Below are positions 1 to 12,000 of a stretch of DNA of 64,000 nucleotides, one piece after another. The position numbers were made by a program, and so were the translations under genes. The DNA lies in contig CAZKHF010000001.1 in NCBI GenBank assembly GCA_964552445.1, positions 25,154 to 89,153 on the forward strand. The letters are read 5' to 3'. Within the stretch, counting starts at the first letter, position 1. Every line of letters begins with the position of its first letter. A model generated the notes under the pieces. It saw only the letters and a list, made by a program, of their open reading frames with translations. It made no database searches and was not told where the DNA came from. Origin of the DNA: an uncultured Bradyrhizobium sp. GTDB taxonomy: Bacteria; Pseudomonadota; Alphaproteobacteria; Rhizobiales; Beijerinckiaceae.

Positions 1-3000
1 ATTGGTCCCCCCGGTCGAGATGAAGGTGTCGGTGGCGCGGTCGAAGGCGACCACATTGACGCCGCGCCCGCCGGTGATGGCGTTGAAGCCCCACCCGCCG
101 GAAATCTGATCGTAGCCATTGCCATTGATGGTGATCGAGTCGTCGCCGATCTCCCCGAAAATCACGTTGTCGCCAGATCCGGCGACGATCGTGTCGGCGT
201 CGATCTCGTATTTCGGCTTGCTGGTGACGTTGGCGGTCCAGGGCTGGAGCGATCCGAACGGGCCGAACCCGTAGACGTAGTTGTAGTTCGCTGTGGACGT
301 CCCGCCGGGCTCGCCCGACGCGTAGGCGTAGAACGAGGTGACCAGCCCGGACGACGAGCCGAGCTGCGGCAACAACACCGCCAGTTGGCCGTAAATGTGG
401 TCGCTGCCCGCGCCGGAATTGATGGTGTCGCTGTCGATCTCGATGCTGTTGGCGGCGCCGTTGAAAACGTAGCCGCCGGCGCTCGACCAATCGGCAGCCT
501 TGCTTGCGGCGAGGTTCGCCGTGACCCCCCACGATTCCGCGGTCGCGGCGGCCACGGAATAGGCGCCAAGGAATAGCCGGTCGACAGCCGTCACCATTTC
601 GGACTGGAGGGCGGCCGCATTCGCGGCGCCGCTCGACCCCGGCGCAATCACCGGATCAAGAATGAGGGCGTCGCCGCCGATGAGAACGCTGTTTCCTCCG
701 CCGCCGTTGATCGTCTCATTGCCAATGTCGAGCTCGATGCCGGCCCCCCCGTTGAACAGGAATTGCGCGGTGGCGCTGTCGCTGGCCGTAAACGGATGAT
801 CCGCGGCCAGCTGCGTCTTCAGCGCGACGTCGAAGGTATTCTCCAAGGCGTTGAGCTGGGTGTTGAGCGAGGCGAGCGCCGCGCTCGAAACGCCGGTCGC
901 CCAGTTCGTATTCATCGTCCCGACGCCCGGCATGATGACGAAGGCGTCATTGCCGACGATCAGATCGGCGCCGTTGCCTGTGACCGTAATCGTGTTGTTG
1001 TCGAGATTGAGTTCGAAATCGGCGGGCCGCAGCGCCGCCGTGGAATTGAAGACGCCCGAAAAGCCCTCTTGCACGGCGAAGCTCGCGATCGCCTGCTGGC
1101 CCGCCTCGTGGACGACGTAGGACATGTCGGCGAAGACTTCCTGCATGTCGAGCAGGTCGGTGTCCAGCGCCAACGCGCTCGAGGTCAGCGTCCCCCCGCT
1201 CAGTTCCGCGAAGGCGACGCCCGGCACGTAATAGTCGCCGGCGTTGGCGAAGATCGTGTCGTTGCCGCCGCCCACGGTGATGACGTTGTTCTCGGCGGAA
1301 ATCACCGTGAACGGCTGGAACAGCCCCTGCGCGACCGCGAGCGTGTCCTGCGCCGTCGCCAGCGCCGAATATTCCGTCAGCAGCCCGAGCATGGTTGCGG
1401 AGAGGCCTTCCATCTGGGCGTCGATGTCCGCGACGCCGGTCGTCGTCAGCGCGCCGAGCTCGCCGAAGTTGCCGAAGATGATGTCGTCGCCGTTGCCGCC
1501 GTTGATGATGTTGGAGCCCGGCAAAGCCGGCGAGCCGTTCATGACGCTGGGCACGACGGAGGCGTAGACCGTGAGATACCCGCCGCTAGACCCGGCCAAA
1601 GCCAGATTGCCGCCCTCCGCCAGCGCGCCCAGCGTTCCGAAGCCGGCCGGCGCCATGGCGAGCTGCGGCGTGCTGTTGGTCAGGGCCGAGGGCTCCAAAT
1701 TGACCAAGGGCACGACGATCTGACCGTTCGCCGGCACGACGATTTGCGCGACGTTCGAAGCCGCGACGACGATCGCATTGACGATCGACGGGATGTCGGA
1801 AACGAACGGCTCGGTATTGGACGCCCAATTGCCGAACAGGATGTCGTTGCCGCCCTGCGCCGTGATCGTGTTGTCGCCTTCCTCCCCGATGACGACGTCG
1901 TCATTGCCGCTGCCGACGGTGATCGTGTCGTTGGCGGCCGCGACCAGGCTCAACAGAATCGCCTCCGTCTCCCAGGCCGCAGCCGTGCGGGCGCCCGCCG
2001 GCGGCAGGATCGATTGGCTGCCGTCGGCGTTGAAGGCGCCGGCCAGGAGGACCAGGTTGGCGTCGACCAACGCCGCCGCATTGGATGACGAGCTCAGCAT
2101 CGAGCTCGCGGCGTCGCTGAGGCTGTCGAGCGCGACGGTTCCCGTGATCGCGCCGAACTGTTCGACGACGATGTCGCGATGGTCGTCGCCGTCGGCGTCC
2201 AGCAGCAAGCCGCCGCTGGCGTTGAAGCCCTGAACGATTTCGCCGTCATGGCCGAGAACGATGTCGTCGCGCCCGTTGCCGACGGTGATCGTATTGCTGC
2301 CGGAGCCGCCGATGATCGAGTCGACGCCGTCGCCCGCCACGATCGTATTGGCGCCGAAATAGAGCCCATAGGTGCTTTGGGCGCGGCTGACCACGTTCGC
2401 GCCGGCGACGATTGTGTACTGGATTTCGCCGTTGGCGCCGATGATGTAGTCATTGCCGTCGCCGGCGGTGATCTTGTTGGAGCCGCTGCCGCCGATCACC
2501 GCGTCGTCGCCGCCGCCAACGTTGATGACTTCGTTCTCCGAGCTGCCGGTGTCCTTCGTGCCGCCGGGGATCGTCGCGGGATCGACGCTGTAGATCGCTT
2601 GCAAGATTCCCGTCGACGAGAACTGCGCGGAGCCGTTGCCGCCGACGATCTCGTCGGTCCCGCCGCCGAGCGTGATCGTGTTGGCGCCGTTGCCGCCGAA
2701 CACCAGGTCATTGCCGTTTCCGGCCATTATCGTGTTGTCGCCGCCGATCGACGGATCGGTCGACTCCATCGATTGAATGACGCCATTGGCGAAAATCGCC
2801 TCGCCGTCGTCGCCGAAGATCACATTATTGCCGTCGCCCGCTGAGATCGTGTCCGACCCCGAGCCGCCGAAGATCACATTGTTTCCATTGCCGACGCTGA
2901 TGGCGTCGTTGTTGTTGGCGCCGGTGTCCTTCGTCCCTCCGCCCGTCGCGGTGGGCGCGATCGTGTACATCTCGGCGACATAGCCGCCGCTGAAGCTGAC

Positions 3001-6000
3001 GCATCCGTTGACGCCGATGACATAGTTGTCTCCGTCGCCGTTGATCGCGATCGTGTTTTCGCCGATGCCGCCGATCACCACGTTGGCGCCGTTTCCGTCG
3101 ATGGCGATCCGGTTGTCGCCGCCGGTCGTAACGTCGGTGCTGAAGACGTCGCTGAGATAGCCGTTGGTGAAATCGGCTTCGCCGTCGTCGCCCAAGACGA
3201 CGTTGTCGCCGTTGCCGTAGATCGTGATCGTGTCGGCGACGGCGCCGCCAAAGACGATGTTTCGTCCGGAGGCGGGCGCGTTCTTGTCGCCGACCACGAT
3301 CGTGTTCTCGCCGCCGTTGGCGGGATCGGTCGACACGACGGAAGTCAGAACGCCCGCCGCGGTGAAATTCGCCTCGCCGTTGTCGCCCAGGATGAGATTG
3401 TCGCCGTTGCCGACCGTGATCGCGTCGGCGCCCGAGCCGCCGAAGATCACGTTGTCGCCGTCGCCGGCGGCGATCGTGTTTTTCCCGGCGTAAGTCGGGT
3501 CGGTCGTCTCGATGAATGTCAGCACGGCGTTGGTGAACGACGCAAAGCCATTGTCGCCGACAATGACGTTGCCGGTCGGCGCCGCGCCGCCCGTCTGCGT
3601 CTCAACAGTGATCGTGTCGGCGCCCGAACCGCCGAAGATCACGTTGCTGCCGCCGGTCACCGTGATTGCATTGTCCCCGCCGTAGGTCGGGTCCTGGGTT
3701 GCGATCGTCACAAGCTTGCCCGCGGCGCTGAACGTCACCTGGCCGTCGTTGCCGACGATCGTATTCTTCGAGCCGGCGATGAAGATTGTGTTCGCGCCGC
3801 TGCCGCCGATGATCGTGCTGAGCCCCGACCCGCCGGGCGTGACGACGCCGTTCACCGTCGGGCCGGTGATCGTGTTATCGCCGAAGTATTGCGGGTCAGT
3901 CGAATAGATGTCGGTCAGCACGCCGCTGGTGAAGTCCGCCTCGCCGTCGTCGCCGACGACGGCGTCCGAACCCGTCCCGAGCACGATTGCGTCGGACCCG
4001 GCCCCGCCGATGACGACATTGTCGCCGTCGCCCAGCGTGATCCTCGCGTTGTTTGACGTGCCGGCGCCCCTTGCGCCGCCGGGCTTCGCCCCGCCGTAGG
4101 TCGAGTAAACCGACATCAGAACGCCGGTCGTCGCGTTGAAAATCGCCGTCCCGCTTTCGCCGAGGATCACGTCGCTGCCGTCGCCTGTCGTGATCGCGTT
4201 CTGGCCGAGGCCGCCGATGATCACGTTGTCGCCGGCCCCTGCCTTGATCGTGTTGTCGCCGCCGTAGACCGTTCCGCCGAGGCCTTGATTGGAGGTTTCC
4301 GTCAACGCTCCCGAGACCAGCAGCTCCGCCGTCGTCGCGATGTTCGTCAGCGTGCGGCTATAGGCGGCGTTGCCGGCGGCGACCGAGCCGCTCGCCAGCG
4401 CCGCCGCGAAGGTCGCCTCGCCGTTCTCGCCGAGGATGATGCTATTGCCGTCGCCGACCGTGATCGCGTTGGCGCCCGAGCCGCCGAAGATCACGTTGTC
4501 GCCGTCGCCGGTCGTGATCGTGTTCTCGCCGCCGTAGGCCTGATTGGTCGTCTCGAGGAAGGTCAGAACGCTGGTCGAGACCGTGGCGCTCGACGGCTCG
4601 CTGGCGAACGTCGCCGAGCCGTTGTGGCCGACGATGACGTTGCCGGACGGCGCGGTCGCGACCGTCTGCGCCGTGATCGTGTTGTCGCCGGTTCCACCGA
4701 AGATCACGTTATCGCCGCCGGTGACCGTGATCAAGTTCGCCTCGTTGACGCCGTAGGTCGGGTCTTGCGTCGCGATCGTCAGGATCTGGCCCGAAGCGCC
4801 GAACGTCGCCGCGCCGTCGTGGCCGATGATCGTATTGCCGGCGCCGCCGATGAAGATCGTGTTCGCGCCGCCGCCGCCGATGATCGTGCTGCCGCCCGAC
4901 CCGCCCGCAGTGACCTTTCCGTTAACCGTAGGGCCAGTGATGGTGTCGCCGCCGCCGTACGCCGGGTCGGTGGATTCGATCGAAGTCAGCACGCCGCTGG
5001 CGAAGCTCGCCTCGCCATTATCGCCGACGACGATGTCCGAACCCAATGCTCCAAGCACGATCTGGGAGCCTCCGGAGCCGCCGATGACGACGTTGTCGCC
5101 GTCGCCAAGCGTGATGACGTCGTACCCTTCGTCAGTCGGATCGGCGGAGGCGATTTGCGTCAGAACGCCGGCGGCGAAATCCGCATAGCCGTCGTGGCCG
5201 ACGATGATGTTGCCGGACGATGCGCCGAGAACGGCGATGGAGTTGCCGCCCGCCCCGCCGAAGATCACATTGTCGCCGCCGCTCACCGTAATGGCGTCGG
5301 CGCCGCCATAACCCGGATCGAGCGTCTCGACCGACGCCAGCTTGCCGTTCGCGTCGAAGTCGACCTGGCCGTCGTCGCCAACGACCACGTTGCCGGCGCC
5401 GCCGAGCGTAATCGTGTCGGCGCCGACGCCGCCGATGACGACGCTGTTCCCCGAGCCGCCGGCCGTTCCGCCAGGGCCGGTGATCGTGTCGTCGCCGCCG
5501 TGGGCGGGATCGAGGCTCTCGACCGAGGCGAGAACGCCATTGGCGTAGTTGACCTCGCCGTTGGCGCCGATGATGACGTCCGCGCCGACGGCGCCGACGA
5601 CGATCGTGTTGGCGCCGGCCCCGCCGATCACCACGTCATTGTCGCCGAGCGCGATGTGGTTGTCGCCGCCAAGGGCGGTGTTGACCGAGGCGATCTCGGT
5701 GATCGCCTCCGTTGCGCCCAAGCTGTCGAACGGATCGACCACGCCGGCGGACTGGCCCGCGATGTCGATGACGCCATAGGCGCCGAAAACGGCGCTGGCG
5801 CCGCTGCCGGTGACGGTGATCGCGTTGGCGCCGGCGAACTGGACGCCCCCGTTCACCCCGGCGTCCATCGGCAATAGACCATTGTCGATCGTCAGCAGCC
5901 GGCTGGCGAGATCGATCGTTTGGGAATCGCCGATCGCCGAGGCGACCAATTCCCCGACCGTGAAGCTCGAATCGCCAAAGATGTAATTTTCCGTTCCCGA

Positions 6001-9000
6001 GGCGTCGATCGTGTCGCCGCCTTCGCCGCCGGCGATCCAATTGATCCCCGAGCCGCCGGTGATCGTGTCGCCGTCGGGGCCGCCGACGATGACGACCGTG
6101 CCGGTGGCGCCGGACGCGTTGATCGTGTCGTCGCCGTAATTGGAGAACGCATAGGCGTTGCCGGTGATCGCGCCGGGCGCCGAATTGTATTCGACGCCGC
6201 TCCCCGACTCGGCGCCGTAAAGCGCCAACGGATCGCTGCTCGCCGTGACGTCGATGGTGTTGGCGCCGCCGCCGCCTTCGATGACCGTCAGGGTCTGCAG
6301 GCCGTCGACCGCGTTGAAGGTGGGCGCGGTGGTGTCGACGGTGAAGGTGTCGTCGCCCTTGCCGAGGAAGACCTCGACCGCGTCAAGATTGACGTAGCTG
6401 ATCCCGCCCTCGTAGGTCGTGGTGATCCCGGTGCTCGAATTGGTGAAAGTGATCGACTGATTGCTGGCGGGAAGATCCAAGCCGCTGATGTTGTCGCCCT
6501 GGCCGCTGGAGTATTCGCCGAATGTGATCGGCGCGCCGAAGAAGTCGCTCGAAGGAATGGTTGTCAGTTCGCCGGTCTGGCCCGTGGTCGCGCCGTCGTC
6601 ATAGATCTCCAGCACGTCGATCGCGCCGGCGCTAGTCCCGTCGCCCTGCGACGTCGATTGGGCGACCGGGACATTGTTCGTTTCATAGGGAAGCGCGACG
6701 GCGGAAGTCAGCGTCGGTTGCCCGAGCTCCGTCCCACCGTCGATGATCAGCGGCCCATCGATTTGCGCGAGCGTGTGCGGCTGATTCGGGAAGGTCATGT
6801 CCGTCGTCGGCGTGCTGCTCTGCCCGCCGCCGCTCGTAGCCTTGTAATTGGCATTGGCCGAAAGCGTGATCGAAACCGGGACGTTCCAGTCGGCTGTGGT
6901 GAAGGTGTAGGTCTGATTGGTCGCGTCGAATCCCGCCGCGCCGCTCGAGGCGATGGTCTGCCCGTCGCCCAGGAGATTGACGGTCACGGAGGCGGTTGGC
7001 TGGGACGTGAGCACCATCTGATAGGTGTAGGTCTGGCCGCTGGTCGAGACGCTGGCCGCGCCCTGGGGTTGGAGAATGAGCACTCCGGGCGTGTCGGTCG
7101 CCGCCACCGTGAGGTTCACGTCGCCGGCGTCGACGCCGCCGATCGACTGCTCGATGTCGACGGCTTGCTGGGAATGCGAACCGGTCAGCGTCGAAGAAAC
7201 GGTGATCGTCTGTGGTTGGTCCCAGTTCGTCGAATTGAAGGTGACGCTCGACTGCGAAAGCTGAATTCCGGCTGGCAAGGCGCCGCCGTTGGCGCCGGTC
7301 AGGTTGACGGTCACCGTCTGTCCGGCGACCGGCTGCTTGTTGAGCGACAAGTTGTAGCTGTAGGTGGTCTGACCCGCCACGATCGTCGTCGCGGCGAGGC
7401 CTTGGTCGATGATGAGGCCGGTGGCGCTCGTCTCCAGCGTGACCTTAACCGTCGGCAGAACGAGGCTGTCGAGCGCCTCGTCGGAAGCCGCCGCGCCGCC
7501 GACGGCGACGATCGAGGCGGCGACGACGATCGTCTCGTTTCTCGAATACGTGTCGTTCGCCGAGATCGGCGCGGCGCGCATATAGACTGTCTGCGTCGCC
7601 GTCGCGCTGGTGAAGGCGAGCGTCAGGTTTGAGGACCAATTCTTGCCGTCGGTCGAGACCTGGAGCGCCGCCGCGCCTTCGGCGGCCCACTCCGCCGAAG
7701 GCAGCGCCGGCGAAACATTGACATAAGCGGTCTGGCCGGCGGTCAAGCCGGAGGGCGCGCTGACGGTGAAGCTCGTGACCGAACTCGGGTCGTTCACGTG
7801 GACGATCGATTGCGACTGCTGTGCGATGATCGCGCCGCCCGAACCGCCGACGGCGACGCTCAAACCGCTGACGAAGATGCCGTTGTAGTTCGGGTCGAGG
7901 CTGGCGACCGAATTGTCGGTGACGCTCGACGCACCTTGCGTGCTCGACGAAATGACCGCGCCGGTCACATCGCCGCCGACGATGAACGTGCTCTCTTGGC
8001 CGCCGTTGAGCGTCGTCACGACATTCTGCGGCGTCCCCAGCACGTAGAACGTGTTGTCGCCCTCGAGGCCGTCGATCGTGATCGCCTGGATATTGGTGTA
8101 GGAGATGTTCAGTCCGTCGCCGAAGACGCCGTTCTGAGTGATGACGAAGGTGTCGTCGGCCTCCGTGCCCAGCAGCACCAGCGTGTTGAAGCCGGCGCCG
8201 CCTTCGATGTCGACCGGCGCGTCGACGTTGTATTCGATCGTGTCGTTGCCGCTGCCGCCCTTGACGCCGATGTGCGTGCCCGCGGCGACCAGGAAGGCGC
8301 GCACGATGAACGTGTCGTCGCCGGAGCCGCCGATCAGCGACAGATCCGCCTTGTTCGAATAGACCTGAAAGGTGTCGACGCCGGCGCCGCCGTAGAGCAC
8401 CGCCGCCTTGTCGACCCCGTCCGAAAGCTCGCCGACCGTCGTCAGCGTCGTCGTCAGCCCATCGCCGATCCCCGCGCCGACGTCGCCTGAAGCGCCGCCG
8501 ATCGCCGACTGGGCGTAGACCTGCCCGACCTGGAAGAAATCCATGCCGTCGCCGGCGTTGATCGTCATCACCGCCGAATTGCCGTCGAGATAATAGAAAT
8601 CGCCGGCGGTGGCGGGGTCGGCCACGTCGCCGCCGTTGATGGTCAGGCGGTTGGTGATGGTGTCGTCGTAGTTAATGCGCTGATAGGTCGGCGAGCCGTT
8701 CGATTCGAGAATGGCGACGAACAGGTCGCGCACCAAGAAGGTCTGGCCCGACGTCGTGTCGGCGCCGTTGACGATCAGCGAATTCAAGCCGCTTTCGAGC
8801 GCGCCGCCGTCGTGGATGTTGATGACGTAATTGGTGTCGACGGTGGCGTCGATGATGTAGGCGTCGGCGCCGTCCTGGCCGTCGAGATTGACGGTGTCGG
8901 GGATCTGACCGTCGAGGCTGTCGATCGTCGCCAGCGAGGCCACGGTCGGCATGTCGAAGACATGGATCGTGTCGTCGCCCGCTCCGGTGTCGATGTAGGT

Positions 9001-12000
9001 CACGGTCGAAAGCGCCGCCGGGCTGAACTCGACGTCGTCCGCGCCGCCGCCGGTATAGACATAGAACTTCGGGGCGGTGAAAGAGCCGGAGAGGCTGACC
9101 GTCACGCTGTCGCCGTCGAATTGCGCCGGCATGGCGAGATAGCCCGCTTGCAGGACTATCGTCGTCCCGGCGGTCAATTGCGCCGCGCTAACGACGCCCG
9201 AGGCGCCGTCGATCGTAATGTCGTCGCCGGCGTTGATCGCAATCGAGGTCCCGGCCTGAAAGACGACGCCCGAGCCGATGGCGACGCTGTCGACGCTCCC
9301 GCCCGCGCCGGCGCTCGCGGCGTCGAGATCCTCGGCGTTCAGTGTTATCGAGGTCGCGGCTTCCAGCTTAGCGCCGGGCGTCGAGCCCGGCGCGCCGTCG
9401 ATCGTGATATTGTCCCCGGCGCCGAGGGTGATCGACGACCCCGTCGATTGGATGGTCACGCCGGCGTCGACGGTGAGGTTGTCGTCCTTTTCCGCCACCG
9501 TGCCGGCCTGCTTGACGATCGGACCGCTCGCCAGCACGTCTTCGCTGATTTCGAGCGGGCTCGAAGTCAGAATATTGATCGCGCCCTCGGGCGCGTAGAG
9601 CGCATAGGGCGAGACCGAGAGCGGCGCGACGCCGCCCACCACCACCCCGCCGATGTTCCAGATCCAGATGTTTCCGGTGGTCGAGGCCGCCTCGATGTTG
9701 TTGACGGTGCCGACGATGCGCCCGGTCAAGCCGCCGCTGCGCGTGCTGTTCGAGCCGACGCCGCCATAGGCGATCAGGTCCGCCATGTCGCCGTAGACGT
9801 CCTGACCGTTGTCCGACCGGCCGTTCCAGATGCTGCCGACCGTCGCGGTGATGAAAGCGACGGCGGTCCCGGCGTCCACCGACATCAGCGAGACGTCGCC
9901 CGTCACTTCGGTGAGGTAGATGTTGGCGCCGCCGGACGTCGCGGTCACGGTTCCCGCGGCGCTATAGGCGCTGACGATGTTGAAGGCGGTCGCGGCGCTG
10001 CCGACGCCGCCGAGCTGAGTCTGGCCGGCGTTGAGCGCAATCGTGTTGGCGTAGACATTGGCGCCCGCTTGGGCGCCGACGCCGGTCTTGACGCCGGAAT
10101 TCAAATTGGTCGGGTTGACGAGATTGCCGGCGTTGAAGATCGAGCCCGCCGCGCCAAGCGTAACGTCGCCGGTCTGCGACAGGACGTCGAGCACGTAGAG
10201 ATCGCCATCGGTCTGATCGATGTCGATGTCCGAATGGGCCAGCGCCCGCAAATCGCCCGACTCGCCGGAAGCGCCGAACGAGCCGCCATAGGCGATGTCG
10301 ACATGCAGGGCGTCGCTGTTCTCGCCGATGTTCCCGCCGGCCTGGAGCTCGAGCCAGTTGGCCTGGATTTTCGCGAAGTCCGAGCTCATCGCGTCGTAGA
10401 TGGAGCCTTTGGCGACGAGATCGACGCCGCCGGACGCCGAATAGACGCCGCCGATGGCCATGTCGCCGTCCGGAGCGTCAATGTAGATGTCGTCCAGCGC
10501 GCGCGCCGTCAGCGAGCCGTCGTCGACGAGGTCGACGGTCACCGGCGTTCCGGCCACGCCGATGTAGCTCTGGCCCGCTTCGAGGACGATATCCGCGCCT
10601 TCGACGTTAACGCCGCTGGTCGCGGCGTTGACGATGTCGCCCTGGGTCTTGACCCGGACGTCCTCGCCGCCGGTCGAAACGACGTTGGCGAGCGCGAGAT
10701 TGACCTGCGAGCCGATGTAGATGAAGCCGCGCGCGGTCGCCGCGACCGTCCCCGACGGCGCGATCGCTACGTCCCGGCTCTGCGAGATCAGGACATATTT
10801 GACATTGCTCGCGCCGTTGACGAGGTCGATGTCGACCGGCGCCACGCCAACCGTGACGTCGCCTTCGCGAGTCAGAGTCTGGCCCCATTGAAGGGTGAGC
10901 GTCTTGTCGTCGGCGCTGATCGCGGCGATCGTGTAATAAGCATTGGAAGCGCCAGCGTTGAAGCTCGCGCCGTTGCCGTTCGGGTCGGCGGCGGACTGGA
11001 TATAGATCCCGCCGCCGACCTGATAGCCCGCTCCCCAGGTTCCGCTCGTCAGCGTGATCGTGCCGTTGTTCGCCACGTCGCCGAAGCTGACCTGGGCGGC
11101 GGCCACGGCCGAAGCCAATGTGCTTTCGTCGGTCGCGCCAAGGTCGACGACCACCGGGGCGACAAGAATGGTCTGGCCGGTCTCCGCCTCGACCGACTGG
11201 GTGAAGGTCACGGTCGAACCGCTGACCGACTTCACCTGGAGATAGGCGCCGTTCTCGGTCGCGTTTGTCGTGCCGCCGCCGATATAAAGGTAATCGCCCG
11301 CCTGGATGTCGAGACCGGTCCCGCTCCAGCTCGCGCCGTTGGCGAGCGTCATCGAATTGGAGCCGAAATTGACGGTCTCGACGGCCGGCGCGGCGGCGAG
11401 GAAGTTGAGGTCGGAAAGCTGCGCCGACGCCAGGGCGAGCTGGGCGGCCGAGCCGTCGGCCGGCGGGCTGCTTGGCGTGAAGCCGACCTGATTGGTCACC
11501 GGATTGACGAGCGAGCCGATATTGCCGTTGGCGGCCTTGATGACGATGTTGGTCGCCGTGATGTTCGGGGCCTCGATCGTCGATTGCGTGCTCGTCGTCG
11601 TCTGCAAGAGACCGGCGCTGATCCCGCTCAAGAGCTCGGCCGACGTCCACACCTTGATGCTGGAGGTCAGGTTGGCCTTTTCCGTCGCGGTGAGCAGATA
11701 GGTGAAGTTCGGGTCGTAGACGTTGGGATCGTAGGCGTCGATCGTCACCGTCGTGTTCGTCGCGGCGTCGTAGACGTTGTCGACGCCCGGACGATAGGAC
11801 CCGCCCGGACCGAACACAGCGGCGAGGTTGTAGTATTGCTGCGTCGTCGACAGTTCGAGCGTCTGGATAGCGTTGGCGACGAAGGTCGTCGCCGCGGCGC
11901 CGGTCAGCCCCTGCTGCTGCGCCTGAGCGGCGTAGACCCCGGTGTAATACGTGACGTCGGCGGCCGACATTTGCACGACGCCGTCGACCAGCGCGTTTCG

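Noticed and set aside
2300-5900. Regularly spaced DNA repeats that might suggest a CRISPR array or diversity-generating element
   Set aside because: Repeats are degenerate, codon-phased and protein-coding; no cas or reverse transcriptase gene in the window.
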